Assembly: GCA_963664305.2 (NCBI GenBank)
Contig: CAXXLV010000001.1
Location: 416,001-480,000 of the forward strand
Reading direction: 5' to 3'
DNA length: 64,000 nucleotides
Source of the DNA: an uncultured Aliarcobacter sp.
GTDB lineage: Bacteria; Campylobacterota; Campylobacteria; Campylobacterales; Arcobacteraceae
Shown here: positions 12,001 to 22,766 of the stretch, in pieces
Layout: every line of letters starts with the position of its first letter
How positions within the stretch are numbered: position 1 is the stretch's first letter
Translations under genes and position numbers: made by a program
The notes under the pieces: model-generated
What the model was told of the DNA's origin: nothing
Database searches by the model: none
The model's input: the letters and a program-made list of their open reading frames with translations, nothing else

Positions 12001-14699
12001 TAATTGTCTACAGATACTTTTTCTTCAATTTGGATAAATGTTTCGATAAAATCTCCAACTTTTATATCATTGAATTTTTCAAACATAATTCCACATTCAT
12101 ATCCATTTGCAACTTCTTTAACATCATCTTTGAATCTTTTTAGTGATGAAATTTTACCTGTATAAGTTACAACACCATCTCTAATAATTCTTGCATGTCC
12201 ACCTCTGATTACTTTACCATCAGTTACTAAACATCCTGCAACTGTTCCAACTTTTGGAACAACGAATGTATCTCTAACTTCAGCTTGACCTGTGTTTTCT
12301 TCTCTAATAACTGCACTCATCATTCCAGATAATGCGTCTTTAATATCATCAATTAAATCATAAATAATTGAATAAGTATTAATAGTTACACCATCAGCTT
12401 TTGCTTTAGCTTTAATTGAACCAGTTGGTCTTACATTAAATCCTAAAATAATACATCCATCAGATGCACCAGCTAATACTAAATCAGATTCAGTAATACC
12501 ACCAACTGCTGCATGGATAACTTTTACTTTTACTTCATCATTTGCAATTTTTTCTAATGAACCTTTAATTGCTTCTAATGAACCACCAACATCTGCTTTT
12601 ATAATTACTGGTAATTGTTTAATTTTACCTTCAGCAATCAATCCACTCATTTCTTCTAAAGAAACTTTTGTAGATTTTGATAATTCTTTAGCTCTTGCAT
12701 GTTCTGCTCTTGTTGTTGCAATATCTCTAGCTTCTTTATCTGAATCCATTACAACCATGATTGAACCAGTTGATGGAACTTCATTTAATCCTAAAACTGT
12801 ACCTGTTTCAGAAAGTCCTAACTCTTTAACTGGTTTCCCATTATCATCAGTAATTGCTTTAACTCTACCAAAAGTAGTATCACAAACAATATTATCACCA
12901 ATTCTTAATGTACCATTTTGAACAATGATATTAGCAACTGGACCTCTTCCTTTTTCTAATGAAGATTCAATAACTGTTGCTTTTGCTTTAGCAGTTGGAT
13001 CAGCAGTTAATTCTAATAATTCTGCTTGAATTAAAATATTTTCTAATAATTCATCAATTCCATCACCAGTTTTTGCTGAAACACCAATAAATTCAGTATC
13101 TCCACCCCAATCAACAGGAGTTAATTCTCTTTCTGCCATTTGAGCTTTTACCATATCTGGATTTGCATTTTCTTTATCCATTTTATTCATAGCAACAATA
13201 ATTGGACATCCACTTGCTTTTGCATGAGAAATTACTTCTTCTGTTTGTTGTTTAACACCATCGTCTGCTGCAACAACGATGATAATAATATCTGTTACAT
13301 TTGCACCTCTTGCTCTCATTGCTGAGAATGCGGCGTGACCTGGAGTATCAACAAATGTAATTTTTTGTCCATTTTTAGTAACAGTGTATGATGAAATATG
13401 TTGTGTAATTCCACCAGCTTCACCAGCTGCAATTTTAGAACTTCTAATTTTATCTAATAATGAAGTTTTACCATGGTCAACATGTCCCATGATTGTTACA
13501 ACAGGAGGTCTTGTTACAAAAGATGATTCATCAACATCTTCATCATGATAATCTCCAACATAATTAACATCTTCAAGAGCATCTTTTACAGTAACTTCAA
13601 TACCAAATTCTTCTCCAAGAATTTCTAATTCATCTTGTTTTAAGAAGTCATTTTTTGTTACCATCATACCTAAACTAAATAAAACAGTTATAACTTCAGC
13701 TGGAGATTTTCCACAAGCTTCAGCAAATTCATAAACTCTAATATCTTCAGGAATTGTAACTTCTTTTATTTCAACAACTTCATTTGTTCTTGCAATTCTT
13801 TTCTTTCTTTTTCCTCTTTTTAAACCTTGAGGAGCGTTTCCAAATGCTGCTGGTCTTGAACTTCTTGACTGTTTAGCTGGATTTTGTGGTTTTGGCTCAT
13901 CAAATATTTTATATGAATCACCTAAATCCATATCAAGTAAAACTACTTCTTCACCTAATAATGAATCATCAGAACTTGAAAAATCATCAGAATATTCTCT
14001 TGAAACTTCTAACTTCTTACCATGATCTTGTGCTTTTACAATAGTTTTCTTTTTCTCTTTTTTAATTTTTGCTTTTTTTGCTTCTTCACTTGTGTTAAAA
14101 GAGAAATTATTGTTATTAGTTGTTTTTTCTTCTTCTTCATTTCCACCTAAAATTTCACTCAATGATTTCATTTGTTTTTTAGGTTGAATTTCAGAATCAA
14201 TTGGATTTCTAACATCTTCAAAATCATCTTTTGCTTTTTTCTTTTTAATAATAACTAGTCCTCTTCTTTTAGGAACTATTTTATTTGAATTATCAGCATT
14301 TAATTCAGGTTTGTCAAATTCATCTTGAGTTTTCGAAGGAGCTTTAGAAATTGGTTTAGATATTGCAACTTTTTTTAATTCAGGTTTTCTTATTTGATCA
14401 TTCTCTTTTTTCACTAGAATTTCTTCTTTTTCTTTTTTCTCAGTTAAAACTTCAGGTTCTTTGTTCTCTTTAGTTTCTTCTTTTTTAATTGGTTTTTTTA
14501 TCTTCGAAGGTGATTTATCAGAAATTCGTGAACTTTTTCCTGTCATAATATAGTTAGCAATCTCTTCAGCATCTTCAAATGATACTGCACTTTGCGGAGA
14601 TTTTAGTTCTATTCCTAAATCTTTGGCTTTCGTAATAACATCTTGACTACTTGCTCCCGCTTCTTCTGCAATTTCATAAACTCTTACTTTATCTGACAT
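12000..14699 (-). CDS. infB: Translation initiation factor IF-2
   Basis: RPPVVTIMGHVDHGKTSLLD, DTPGHAAF, NKMD; RVYE N-terminus. Confidence 0.98.
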   Translation of the reverse strand: MSDKVRVYEIAEEAGASSQDVITKAKDLGIELKSPQSAVSFEDAEEIANYIMTGKSSRISDKSPSKIKKPIKKEETKENKEPEVLTEKKEKEEILVKKENDQIRKPELKKVAISKPISKAPSKTQDEFDKPELNADNSNKIVPKRRGLVIIKKKKAKDDFEDVRNPIDSEIQPKKQMKSLSEILGGNEEEEKTTNNNNFSFNTSEEAKKAKIKKEKKKTIVKAQDHGKKLEVSREYSDDFSSSDDSLLGEEVVLLDMDLGDSYKIFDEPKPQNPAKQSRSSRPAAFGNAPQGLKRGKRKKRIARTNEVVEIKEVTIPEDIRVYEFAEACGKSPAEVITVLFSLGMMVTKNDFLKQDELEILGEEFGIEVTVKDALEDVNYVGDYHDEDVDESSFVTRPPVVTIMGHVDHGKTSLLDKIRSSKIAAGEAGGITQHISSYTVTKNGQKITFVDTPGHAAFSAMRARGANVTDIIIIVVAADDGVKQQTEEVISHAKASGCPIIVAMNKMDKENANPDMVKAQMAERELTPVDWGGDTEFIGVSAKTGDGIDELLENILIQAELLELTADPTAKAKATVIESSLEKGRGPVANIIVQNGTLRIGDNIVCDTTFGRVKAITDDNGKPVKELGLSETGTVLGLNEVPSTGSIMVVMDSDKEARDIATTRAEHARAKELSKSTKVSLEEMSGLIAEGKIKQLPVIIKADVGGSLEAIKGSLEKIANDEVKVKVIHAAVGGITESDLVLAGASDGCIILGFNVRPTGSIKAKAKADGVTINTYSIIYDLIDDIKDALSGMMSAVIREENTGQAEVRDTFVVPKVGTVAGCLVTDGKVIRGGHARIIRDGVVTYTGKISSLKRFKDDVKEVANGYECGIMFEKFNDIKVGDFIETFIQIEEKVSVDN

Positions 14700-14964
14700 T
14701 TGTTAGCATCTCCTTAAGTTGTGTAACATACTTATCTTTATTTTTACACTCTTTACAAAGTGATTTTTCAATTTTTTTATAATCTTTTCCATTTATATCT
14801 GAATGTAATTTTAAACTACACTCATTACAGATATAAAAACTTCTTCCAGAATTGTCATAAAAAGACAATTTCTTATCTTCACATTTTAATCTTATTAACT
14901 CTTTTTGTTCCAATTTATTCTTACAAATAATGCAAGTTCTTAAGATTCTTTTTAAACTAGGCAA
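14689..14964 (-). CDS. YlxR/DUF448 family protein (start uncertain)
   Basis: RTCIIC...GRSFYICNEC motif directly upstream of infB. Confidence 0.8.
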   Translation of the reverse strand: MPSLKRILRTCIICKNKLEQKELIRLKCEDKKLSFYDNSGRSFYICNECSLKLHSDINGKDYKKIEKSLCKECKNKDKYVTQLKEMLTNVR

Positions 14965-15000
14965 ACATTATACCCAAAATATACTTAATATCAAAAATTA

Positions 15001-15882
15001 TCAAATTTCTATTCTCACACCAGTATTATCAAAATCTGTTATAAAAACTCTAAAATGAGGGAATTTAAGTTTTAAAACTTTTTCTAAATTTTTACTATCA
15101 TCAGCATATGCTATTGAGAATAGTGTTGAACCTGAACCTGATAATGTACTCATTAACGCACCCTCTTTTAATGCTGTTTTTTGTACATCAAAAAGCTCTG
15201 GCATCTGTTTCATTCTATATTTTTGATGTATTTGGTCATTAGATGCATATTTTAACATCTCCCAATTTTCAGCCATAAATGCTGCAGTTAATAATGATGA
15301 ATGAGAAATATTAAAAACTGTATCCTCTTTAGAATATTTAAAAGGTAAAGTTTTTCTTGATAATTGAGTTGATATTGCTCTATTTGGTACAACTATAACA
15401 GCTTTTAAACTCTTAGGAATTGCTTTATTTATATACTTAACTTCATTTTCTTGAACACAAGCAACATTAAATCCACCCATTACAGCTGGCGTAATGTTAT
15501 CAGGATGACTTTCATATGCAAGAGCTAAGTTTAATAATTTATCTTTTTCTAGTTTAATTCCTTCAATTGCATAAGCACTAGCAATTGCAGAAACAATGAC
15601 AGCAGATGAACTTCCTAAACCACGTGATAATGGAATCTCATTTTGAAATTCAAATCTAAAATGTCTTTTTTTATTTGATAAATTATGATAAAAATCATTA
15701 AAAATAGAGATAAACATATTGTTATCTTTAAGTGCTGGATTATTAGCACCTTCACCTTTTAACGATACGCTGTGAAATTTTGATGGTCTGATAATTACCT
15801 GATTTTTCATTGAGATTGCAAGACCAAGACAATCAAAACCTGGTCCTAAGTTTGCACTAGTAGCTGGAACGCTTACTTTCAT
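15001..15882 (-). CDS. thrB: Homoserine kinase
   Basis: [33 protein letters not shown] motifs. Confidence 0.97.
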   Translation of the reverse strand: MKVSVPATSANLGPGFDCLGLAISMKNQVIIRPSKFHSVSLKGEGANNPALKDNNMFISIFNDFYHNLSNKKRHFRFEFQNEIPLSRGLGSSSAVIVSAIASAYAIEGIKLEKDKLLNLALAYESHPDNITPAVMGGFNVACVQENEVKYINKAIPKSLKAVIVVPNRAISTQLSRKTLPFKYSKEDTVFNISHSSLLTAAFMAENWEMLKYASNDQIHQKYRMKQMPELFDVQKTALKEGALMSTLSGSGSTLFSIAYADDSKNLEKVLKLKFPHFRVFITDFDNTGVRIEI

Positions 15883-15893
15883 CCATTTCCTTC

Positions 15894-16346
15894 TTAAACT
15901 GCTGGTAAATTATATATTGGCAGTGTTTCTTCATTAAAATTATATTTTTCTATACCAATCGGTAATTCAAAGTCGTGGATTATACAATCTTTTTCTAAAA
16001 AATCTACTTTAATTTTATTTTCTTCTTTAATAAAATATTTTTTACCCAAAGCCTTAATTGGAGAATTTTTATTAAAATAAAAGCCATCTATTGCATTAAA
16101 TTCTATATTTTTAGTTATGCAAATAGTTTTTAAAAATATATAAGCAACTTTAATGGCCATAAAAGAACCAGGAGAATTTACATAAATTATTTTTTTTATA
16201 TTAAATTCTAATAAAAGATTTTCAAATAAACTTGGCAGTAAATCAGATGTTTTACCGTCAAGTTTATACTCCTTTATCAATTTCTTATTTTCATAAATTC
16301 CAATTAATAATGGATTTGAAATTGTTATAACTAAAACTTCAATCAA
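15894..16346 (-). CDS. TsaB-like glycoprotease-family protein (short Campylobacterota form)
   Basis: [10 protein letters not shown] resembles TsaB GPGSFTGxR; lies between lpxC and thrB. Confidence 0.65.
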   Translation of the reverse strand: MIEVLVITISNPLLIGIYENKKLIKEYKLDGKTSDLLPSLFENLLLEFNIKKIIYVNSPGSFMAIKVAYIFLKTICITKNIEFNAIDGFYFNKNSPIKALGKKYFIKEENKIKVDFLEKDCIIHDFELPIGIEKYNFNEETLPIYNLPAV

Positions 16347-16349
16347 TTC

Positions 16350-17255
16350 TTAACTTTCAACTTTCGCATAAGCCATTTCAAACACACTAGCTTCACTACT
16401 TGCTTCTTCTAAATCAATTATTTCATAATTTGATTCATCTTCGTAAAGTTTTTTTGTTAAAAGATGATTTAAATGATGACTTCCAGCAATTGCATCATAT
16501 TCACCAACTAAAGTATATTCTAAAAGTGCCATATCACCAATTGCATCTAAAATTTTATGTCTTACAAATTCATCATCAAATCTTAAACCTTCTGGATTTA
16601 AAACTTTTGTTTGGTCAAGTACAATTGCATTTTCCATTGAACCACCTTGAGCAAGTCCAATACTTCTTAGATATTGAACTTCATGTAAAAATCCAAAAGT
16701 TCTTGCACGACTAATATTTTCTTTATATTCTGAAATTGAATAATCAAAGTGGAAATTTTGTTTTCCAATTGCAGGATGTTCAAAATTGATTTCAAAATCA
16801 TATACAATTCTATTTGATGGCTTTAAACAAACTTTTTTTCCATCAGGAGTTGTAACTTCAACCATTTTTTTGATTTTTATAGCTTTTTTTGATTTATCTA
16901 ATTCTTTAATTCCAGCTTCTTCTATTAACATACAATAACCAGCAGAACTTCCATCAAGAACAGGAACTTCATCATTATCTATAATAATTCTTAAGTTATC
17001 TATTCCATATGCATAAACAGCAGATAATAGATGTTCTATTGTAGAAATAACTACTCCATCTTTTCCAATAACTGTTGCCATTTTTGTATCAACAACAAAC
17101 TCTTTTTTTAATGGAATTGTAACACCAGCATCAACTCTATAAAAAACTATCCCCATATCACTATCAAGAGGTTCTAGTTTCATTTTAACTGGAACACCTT
17201 TATGAAGTCCAATACCAACTATTTCAACACTTTTTGCGATTGTTCTTTGTTTCAT
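16350..17255 (-). CDS. lpxC: UDP-3-O-acyl-N-acetylglucosamine deacetylase
   Basis: MKQRTI, GIGLHKG, TIEHLL, ARTFGF, HKILD motifs. Confidence 0.97.
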   Translation of the reverse strand: MKQRTIAKSVEIVGIGLHKGVPVKMKLEPLDSDMGIVFYRVDAGVTIPLKKEFVVDTKMATVIGKDGVVISTIEHLLSAVYAYGIDNLRIIIDNDEVPVLDGSSAGYCMLIEEAGIKELDKSKKAIKIKKMVEVTTPDGKKVCLKPSNRIVYDFEINFEHPAIGKQNFHFDYSISEYKENISRARTFGFLHEVQYLRSIGLAQGGSMENAIVLDQTKVLNPEGLRFDDEFVRHKILDAIGDMALLEYTLVGEYDAIAGSHHLNHLLTKKLYEDESNYEIIDLEEASSEASVFEMAYAKVES

Positions 17256-18637
17256 TTTTTTGTTCCATCTATAATTTTAATTGAATCATTAATTGTTTTA
17301 GTTAAATTTACTTTTATCCAATCATAATCAAGCCATTCGTTTGGATTTGCTTCAATTCCTTGAATTAAAATACCAAAATGTAAGTGATCTCCAAAAACAG
17401 CTCCAGTTGAACCAGTATTTGCTATTTTATCACCTACTTTAACTTCATCATTAACTTCAACATTTTGACTACTTGTATGAGCATATAATGAAGCTAATCC
17501 TAATCCATGATCAATAATAATTGAATCTCCATAGATTCCTAAATAATCTTTAAAAATAACTTTTCCAGGATTTGTAACTATTACATCTGCTCTTTTTGTA
17601 CTTGCCCAATCCATACCTAAATGCCAAGCTTGGTCAATTTCTTGTTCATTATAAAAGTAATGTCTTCTCTCACCAAATTGAGCAAAAGTTGCAGCATTTG
17701 ACATTCTTGTAAATGTTTTTACATCAAATGGAATTTTTCCACTATTTGCTAAATTCTTTCTTACTACATCTTTTATAGCTTTAACATTTTTTTCTCTTAA
17801 CTCTTTATTTGTTTTAACAAAAGCTTCTATAGTATCAGAAGGAACTGTCATATTACTATTTTCTAATACATGTTTACTTACGCTATTTACAAATTCATCA
17901 GAAACTTTTATATCATCAACTTTTTCTTTAAATGGTTTTATATAAAATGGAACTTTAGTTACTGTTTTATTATTTGCCATATCAATTGCAACTAGATTTA
18001 CTCTTTTAAACTCTTTAATATCAACTGGCCAAGTTATAATTGAAATATAATATCCTTTTTTATAAAAAGGGAATAATTCAAATATCTCTTCATCATTAAA
18101 TGTTATGTAATAATCTTTTAAATTTTCATCAGAAATTTCAACAACTATAACACCACTTCCACCTTGTCTTAATAAATATGAATTTGTTACAACGTTAGCA
18201 ATAGGACTTCTTTTATCAATAATAATATTAGATTTTATTGTTGCTTCATTTCCTCTAAAGAAATTCCATTTACTTGTATCAAATACATGAATTTGTAATA
18301 CACCATTTGTTGGTTTATAAAATTCATCAAACACAGGAGGAGTAATTTCTAAATCTAATGAACCATTTTCATTTTTTAAAACTTTTGTGTCTAATCTTAC
18401 TTGTTTTTCTCCATCAATGAATAAAATTTCATAAGATTTTATATCTTCATCATCAGAAATATTAATTTTTATTGGCTTTTGTAAATTCCAATAAATTTGA
18501 TCTTCAACTGTTATTTTAGGTGCATTTCTCTCAAAAGTAGGAGATAAAAATAAAAAACCAACTATTCCAATTAATATAAATAGAACTACATAAATCCATA
18601 ATCCCTTAATACTATTTTTATTATTTGTAAACTTCAA
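17252..18637 (-). CDS. Membrane-anchored M23 family metallopeptidase
   Basis: N-terminal TM; HLGMD (HxxxD), YAH, GDHLHF M23 motifs. Confidence 0.9.
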   Translation of the reverse strand: MKFTNNKNSIKGLWIYVVLFILIGIVGFLFLSPTFERNAPKITVEDQIYWNLQKPIKINISDDEDIKSYEILFIDGEKQVRLDTKVLKNENGSLDLEITPPVFDEFYKPTNGVLQIHVFDTSKWNFFRGNEATIKSNIIIDKRSPIANVVTNSYLLRQGGSGVIVVEISDENLKDYYITFNDEEIFELFPFYKKGYYISIITWPVDIKEFKRVNLVAIDMANNKTVTKVPFYIKPFKEKVDDIKVSDEFVNSVSKHVLENSNMTVPSDTIEAFVKTNKELREKNVKAIKDVVRKNLANSGKIPFDVKTFTRMSNAATFAQFGERRHYFYNEQEIDQAWHLGMDWASTKRADVIVTNPGKVIFKDYLGIYGDSIIIDHGLGLASLYAHTSSQNVEVNDEVKVGDKIANTGSTGAVFGDHLHFGILIQGIEANPNEWLDYDWIKVNLTKTINDSIKIIDGTKK

Positions 18638-19607
18638 GAATTTCCTTTAAAACTATATTTTTTGCTTTTTCAACATCAAGCATATCTAATGTACAACCAG
18701 AGGCATTAAAATGCCCTCCACCACCAAAATGACCAGCAATTGCAGAAACATCAATTTTACCTTTTGAACGTAAAGATACCCTTGATACTCCATTCACAAC
18801 TCTTACAAAAAAAGCAATCTTTACAATTGCAATACTCATCACCATATCTAAGGCATCTTCACAATCTCTATTGTGTGCACCTGTTTCTTTAAACCACTCC
18901 TCTTTTGCAATTATAGAAGCTACTTCTCCCTCTTTAAAAAGTTCAAGACTCTCTAAAACTTTTGGAATAATTCTATATTTTGCTAAAGAATCTCTTCTTA
19001 AAAGTTTATTTGCAATATCAGAAGGACTTGCTCCACATTCAACTAAAAAATTAATTTTTTCAAATGTAACTTCATCACATCTAGCTAATGAAAATGCTAA
19101 CGTATCATCATAAATTCCAACATACAATGCTGTTGCAGAATTTTTTGTAATATATAAACCATTATGCTTAAAAAATTCATATACTAATTCAGCAGTTGAA
19201 CTTTTCATTGGATCTACAATATTTACAGTTCCAAATTTATTATTTGATTTATGATGATCAAAATTTATAAGAGGAATTGATGGATCTAATTCAAATCCTA
19301 ATCTTTTATAAGTTCCACAATCAACACTAATTGCCAAATCAAAAAATGCAGGTAATTGATCTGTTATTTTTTCAAATCTTGGTATAAAATCAAGATTTTG
19401 AGGTAAATCAGAACTAATATTATAAACTTTATGTTTTATCTTATTTTCATGAAATAGATTTGATAAAGCTAATGCAGAACCTATTGAGTCAGGATCAGGA
19501 TTTACATGTGTAATAATTAAAATATATCTACTTTTTTCAATAAGTTCTAAAGCTTTTGTATATTCTGACATATCAACTTTATTACTAGTTATAAAATCCT
19601 TTTTCAT
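18621..19607 (-). CDS. DHH/DHHA1 phosphoesterase (NrnA-like oligoribonuclease/PAP phosphatase)
   Basis: THVNPDPD, DHH, SLRS and GGGGH motifs. Confidence 0.92.
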   Translation of the reverse strand: MKKDFITSNKVDMSEYTKALELIEKSRYILIITHVNPDPDSIGSALALSNLFHENKIKHKVYNISSDLPQNLDFIPRFEKITDQLPAFFDLAISVDCGTYKRLGFELDPSIPLINFDHHKSNNKFGTVNIVDPMKSSTAELVYEFFKHNGLYITKNSATALYVGIYDDTLAFSLARCDEVTFEKINFLVECGASPSDIANKLLRRDSLAKYRIIPKVLESLELFKEGEVASIIAKEEWFKETGAHNRDCEDALDMVMSIAIVKIAFFVRVVNGVSRVSLRSKGKIDVSAIAGHFGGGGHFNASGCTLDMLDVEKAKNIVLKEILEVYK

Positions 19608-19673
19608 CCTTCTCCTTTCTTATATTTTTTAATTTAACAAAAAGTTACTAACAAAAAGTTAATCAAATAATTT

Positions 19674-20495
19674 TTAATCAAATTTCATTGAAAAATCAAG
19701 CCAAGTTGATTGATGAATAATACTTCCACTACTAATTGCATCAACGCCTGTAGTTGCATACTCTTTTATTGTTTTTAAATTTATATTACCACTAGCTTCT
19801 AATAAAATATGTGGATAATTTGCATTTCTAAATTCAACAACTTCTTTTATTTGTTCAATATTCATATTATCACACATTATTATGTCACCACCAGCATGCA
19901 TGGCTTCTTTTACTTGTTCAAAAGTTTCACATTCAATTTCGATTTTTGTAACCCAAGAAATTCTTTTTCTTGCTTTTTTTATAAATTCTTCTAAATTACT
20001 TATTGTTCTTAAGTGAGTATCTTTTAACATTAAACAATCATCAAGTCCAAGTCTATGATTAATTGCTCCACCAACTCTTGAAGCATATTTTTCAAAATCT
20101 CTTAATTGTGGTCTTGTTTTTCTAGTATCTAGTAAGACAACACCTGTTCCTTCAATTAATTTTGCATATTTATTTGCCATTGTTGCAATTCCACTTGCAT
20201 GTTGAAGCATATTTAAAAATGTTCGCTCTGACGAAAGTAAAATAGATGCTTTTCCTTCAAGTTCAGCAATAACATCACCTACTTTTATCTCATCACCATC
20301 ATTTTTTAAAAATTTACAATCAAATTTTTCTGTTCTTGCTAATACTTTTGCATATTGAACACCTGCTAGTATTCCATCAGATTTACAAATAGCACGTGCC
20401 GTAAATCTTCCTTTTGGAGCAACATCGAAGAATAAATCCCCTCGTCCATTATCTTCAATAATGGCATTTTTTACAAATTTTTTGATATTAATCAT
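19674..20495 (-). CDS. nadC: Nicotinate-nucleotide diphosphorylase (carboxylating)
   Basis: DTRKT, NHRLGL, LKDTH, EASGNI motifs. Confidence 0.96.
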   Translation of the reverse strand: MINIKKFVKNAIIEDNGRGDLFFDVAPKGRFTARAICKSDGILAGVQYAKVLARTEKFDCKFLKNDGDEIKVGDVIAELEGKASILLSSERTFLNMLQHASGIATMANKYAKLIEGTGVVLLDTRKTRPQLRDFEKYASRVGGAINHRLGLDDCLMLKDTHLRTISNLEEFIKKARKRISWVTKIEIECETFEQVKEAMHAGGDIIMCDNMNIEQIKEVVEFRNANYPHILLEASGNINLKTIKEYATTGVDAISSGSIIHQSTWLDFSMKFD

Positions 20496-21481
20496 ACTTC
20501 AAACATCCTTTCTAATGCTACTTTGGCCCATTTTGCTGTTTCATCACTAACAAATATTTCATTCTCTTTTGAAATATTATCATCTTTAATTGATTTTAAT
20601 GTTTTGTATACATCTTCTAATGTTGTTTCGTTCATTGTTGGACATTCAGGTTTTGTAGAACTTAAAATATATGTATTTTTGCTTCTTAATCTATTAACCA
20701 TATTAAATTCTGTTCCAACTGCTATTTTCTGCTCAGGGTCTAAATTTTTAATATATGTTATTAATTGTGAAGTTGAACCTACAAAATCTGCTTTATCGCA
20801 AACACTAGGATCACATTCAGGATGAACTGCAATCAAAATATCAGGAAATTTTTCTCTATAAAAATCTATATCATCAGCAGTGAACTGTTGATGAACAGAA
20901 CAAAATCCGTTATAACAAATAATATCAGCCTCTTTTAAATCACTTCCATCACCAACAACAGCAGATTTAAGATTCAATGATTTTGCAAAATTTTGCCCTA
21001 AACATCTGTCTGGAACAAAAAATATTTTTTTACCTGATTGTAAACCTTTTTCTATGATTTTATAAGCATTTGAAGAAGTACAAACCATTCCGCCCATTTG
21101 TCCAACTTTTGCTTTCACTGCTGCACTAGAGTTTATATATGTTATTGGTAAAATATTTTCGTTTGGAATTCCAGCTTCATTTATCTTTTTTAAATTTTGT
21201 TCAAAATAACCTTCATCAATCATTCTTGCCATTGCACAACATGCAATTTTTGGCATAAGAACTCTTTTTTGGGGGCTCATTACTTTTACACTTTCACCCA
21301 TAAAACCAACACCACAGAAAACCACAAATTTAGAATCAGTAAGCATTACTTTTTTTGCAAGTTCTAATGAATCTCCTGTAATATCAGCCAACTCAAAAAC
21401 TTCATCTCTTTGATAAAAATGTGCCACTAAAGTCACATCTAACTCTTTTTTTAGTTTTATTATCTCTTCTTTTAAATCCAA
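20492..21481 (-). CDS. nadA: Quinolinate synthase
   Basis: AHFYQ, GDSLEL, FCGVGFM, YINSSA, HPEC motifs. Confidence 0.96.
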   Translation of the reverse strand: MDLKEEIIKLKKELDVTLVAHFYQRDEVFELADITGDSLELAKKVMLTDSKFVVFCGVGFMGESVKVMSPQKRVLMPKIACCAMARMIDEGYFEQNLKKINEAGIPNENILPITYINSSAAVKAKVGQMGGMVCTSSNAYKIIEKGLQSGKKIFFVPDRCLGQNFAKSLNLKSAVVGDGSDLKEADIICYNGFCSVHQQFTADDIDFYREKFPDILIAVHPECDPSVCDKADFVGSTSQLITYIKNLDPEQKIAVGTEFNMVNRLRSKNTYILSSTKPECPTMNETTLEDVYKTLKSIKDDNISKENEIFVSDETAKWAKVALERMFEV

Positions 21482-21570
21482 AATAAACCTTCAAATTTTT
21501 ATTAAATGTGAATATAACAAAAGTTTAGTTATAATCTCATTTAATTATAGACTTTAAACAAAGGTAATAA

Positions 21571-22194
21571 ATGGATTTTTTCACAAATACAAATATTCTA
21601 TTTTTTATAGCAGCATACTTAATAGGTTCTATTCCTTTTGGTTCAATTTTAGCAAAAACGTTTGCAGGTGTTGATATAACAACAGCTGGAAGTAAATCAA
21701 TTGGAGCAACAAATGTTCTTCGAGTTGTAAAGGAAACAAACCCTAAATTAGCTAAAAAATTAGGAATTGCAACTGTTTTATTAGATGCTTTAAAAGGAAC
21801 TGTTGTTTTATTATTTGCTATGTATTATGGTGTTAGTGATTCAACTTTATGGGCAATTGCAATACTTTCTGTTTTAGGACATTGTTACTCTATTTATTTA
21901 GGACTTGAAGGTGGGAAAGGTGTTGCAACTGGACTTGGTGTTTATATTGTACTAATTCCATATGCTACATTAATAGGTGCTCTTGTTTGGATAGTTTGTG
22001 CAAAAGTTCTAAAAATCTCATCTTTATCATCACTTTTAGGTTTAGTAGCCGTTGTTGTTAGTGCAACTTTTATAAATGATGGATTAAATGTAGGGTCAAA
22101 TGTTCCTATGTATTTAATTGCTTTTATAATCATTTATAAACATATTCCAAATATCATAAGAATCATCAAAGGTGAAGAGAAAAAAGTTATATGA
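21571..22194 (+). CDS. plsY: Glycerol-3-phosphate 1-O-acyltransferase
   Basis: YLIGSIP, GATNVLR, GGKGVAT, HIPNI motifs. Confidence 0.96.
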   Translation: MDFFTNTNILFFIAAYLIGSIPFGSILAKTFAGVDITTAGSKSIGATNVLRVVKETNPKLAKKLGIATVLLDALKGTVVLLFAMYYGVSDSTLWAIAILSVLGHCYSIYLGLEGGKGVATGLGVYIVLIPYATLIGALVWIVCAKVLKISSLSSLLGLVAVVVSATFINDGLNVGSNVPMYLIAFIIIYKHIPNIIRIIKGEEKKVI

Positions 22195-22505
22195 AAATAC
22201 ATATAAATGATTTAAACTTCAAATGTATCATCGGTATACTTGACTTCGAACGAATAAAAAAACAAAAAGTTCTAATAAACTTATCTTTTGAATATGAGTT
22301 TTCAAAAGATAAATTTATAAACTACGCAGAAGTTTCAGAACTTCTAAAAACAACTATGAAAAAAGAAAAATTTCTTTTACTTGAAGATGCTATCTTACAT
22401 ATAGAAAATCTTCTAAATCAGACTTATGAAATATCAAATTTGTATATCAAAATCTCAAAACCTAATATTTTAACAAACTGTATAGTTAGTCTTTCAAATA
22501 AATAA
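22191..22505 (+). CDS. folB: Dihydroneopterin aldolase
   Basis: IIGILDFER..KQKV, INYA, LLE, KP motifs; coupled to plsY. Confidence 0.85.
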   Translation: MKIHINDLNFKCIIGILDFERIKKQKVLINLSFEYEFSKDKFINYAEVSELLKTTMKKEKFLLLEDAILHIENLLNQTYEISNLYIKISKPNILTNCIVSLSNK

Positions 22506-22601
22506 TTTTCTCTTAAACATATTAAAAATATATAAGAGTAAAAAAGTCCTAAAATAGCATTAACACAGCATTCTTTTTCTGTTAATTAAAAAATAACTTA
22601 A

Positions 22602-22666
22602 ATTAACAGTTAATTAACACAGAATTAACCATTTTAAGAAAACTTTAAAATTTAGTGGTGTAGAAT
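22602..22666 (+). promoter_or_regulatory. porA promoter: phased ATTAAC repeats and TAGAAT -10
   Basis: ATTAAC at 22602, 22613, 22624; TAGAAT at 22661-22666. Confidence 0.6.
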
Positions 22667-22766
22667 GGTCGCAACGGTATGTCGGAAAAGGTTTAAAACC
22701 TATGTTTTAGATGAGTTCGCGCGCTCCGGTAGACTGATAATAGATTTCGAAATTTTAGGAGAACAA

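Noticed and set aside
11216..14964. nusA absent from the infB-rbfA-rimP cluster
   Set aside because: The thrB-DUF448-infB-rbfA-rimP order is the normal Campylobacterota arrangement
22730..22756. CTGATAA...GAAA resembling a hammerhead ribozyme core, or a known riboswitch, in the porA leader
   Set aside because: Core is not CUGAnGA, no stem II forms, and I could not match any known riboswitch consensus
22665..22766. 34-aa N-terminal extension of PorA in the ORF track
   Set aside because: ATG 22665 lies inside the -10 box; RBS and signal peptide point to ATG 22767
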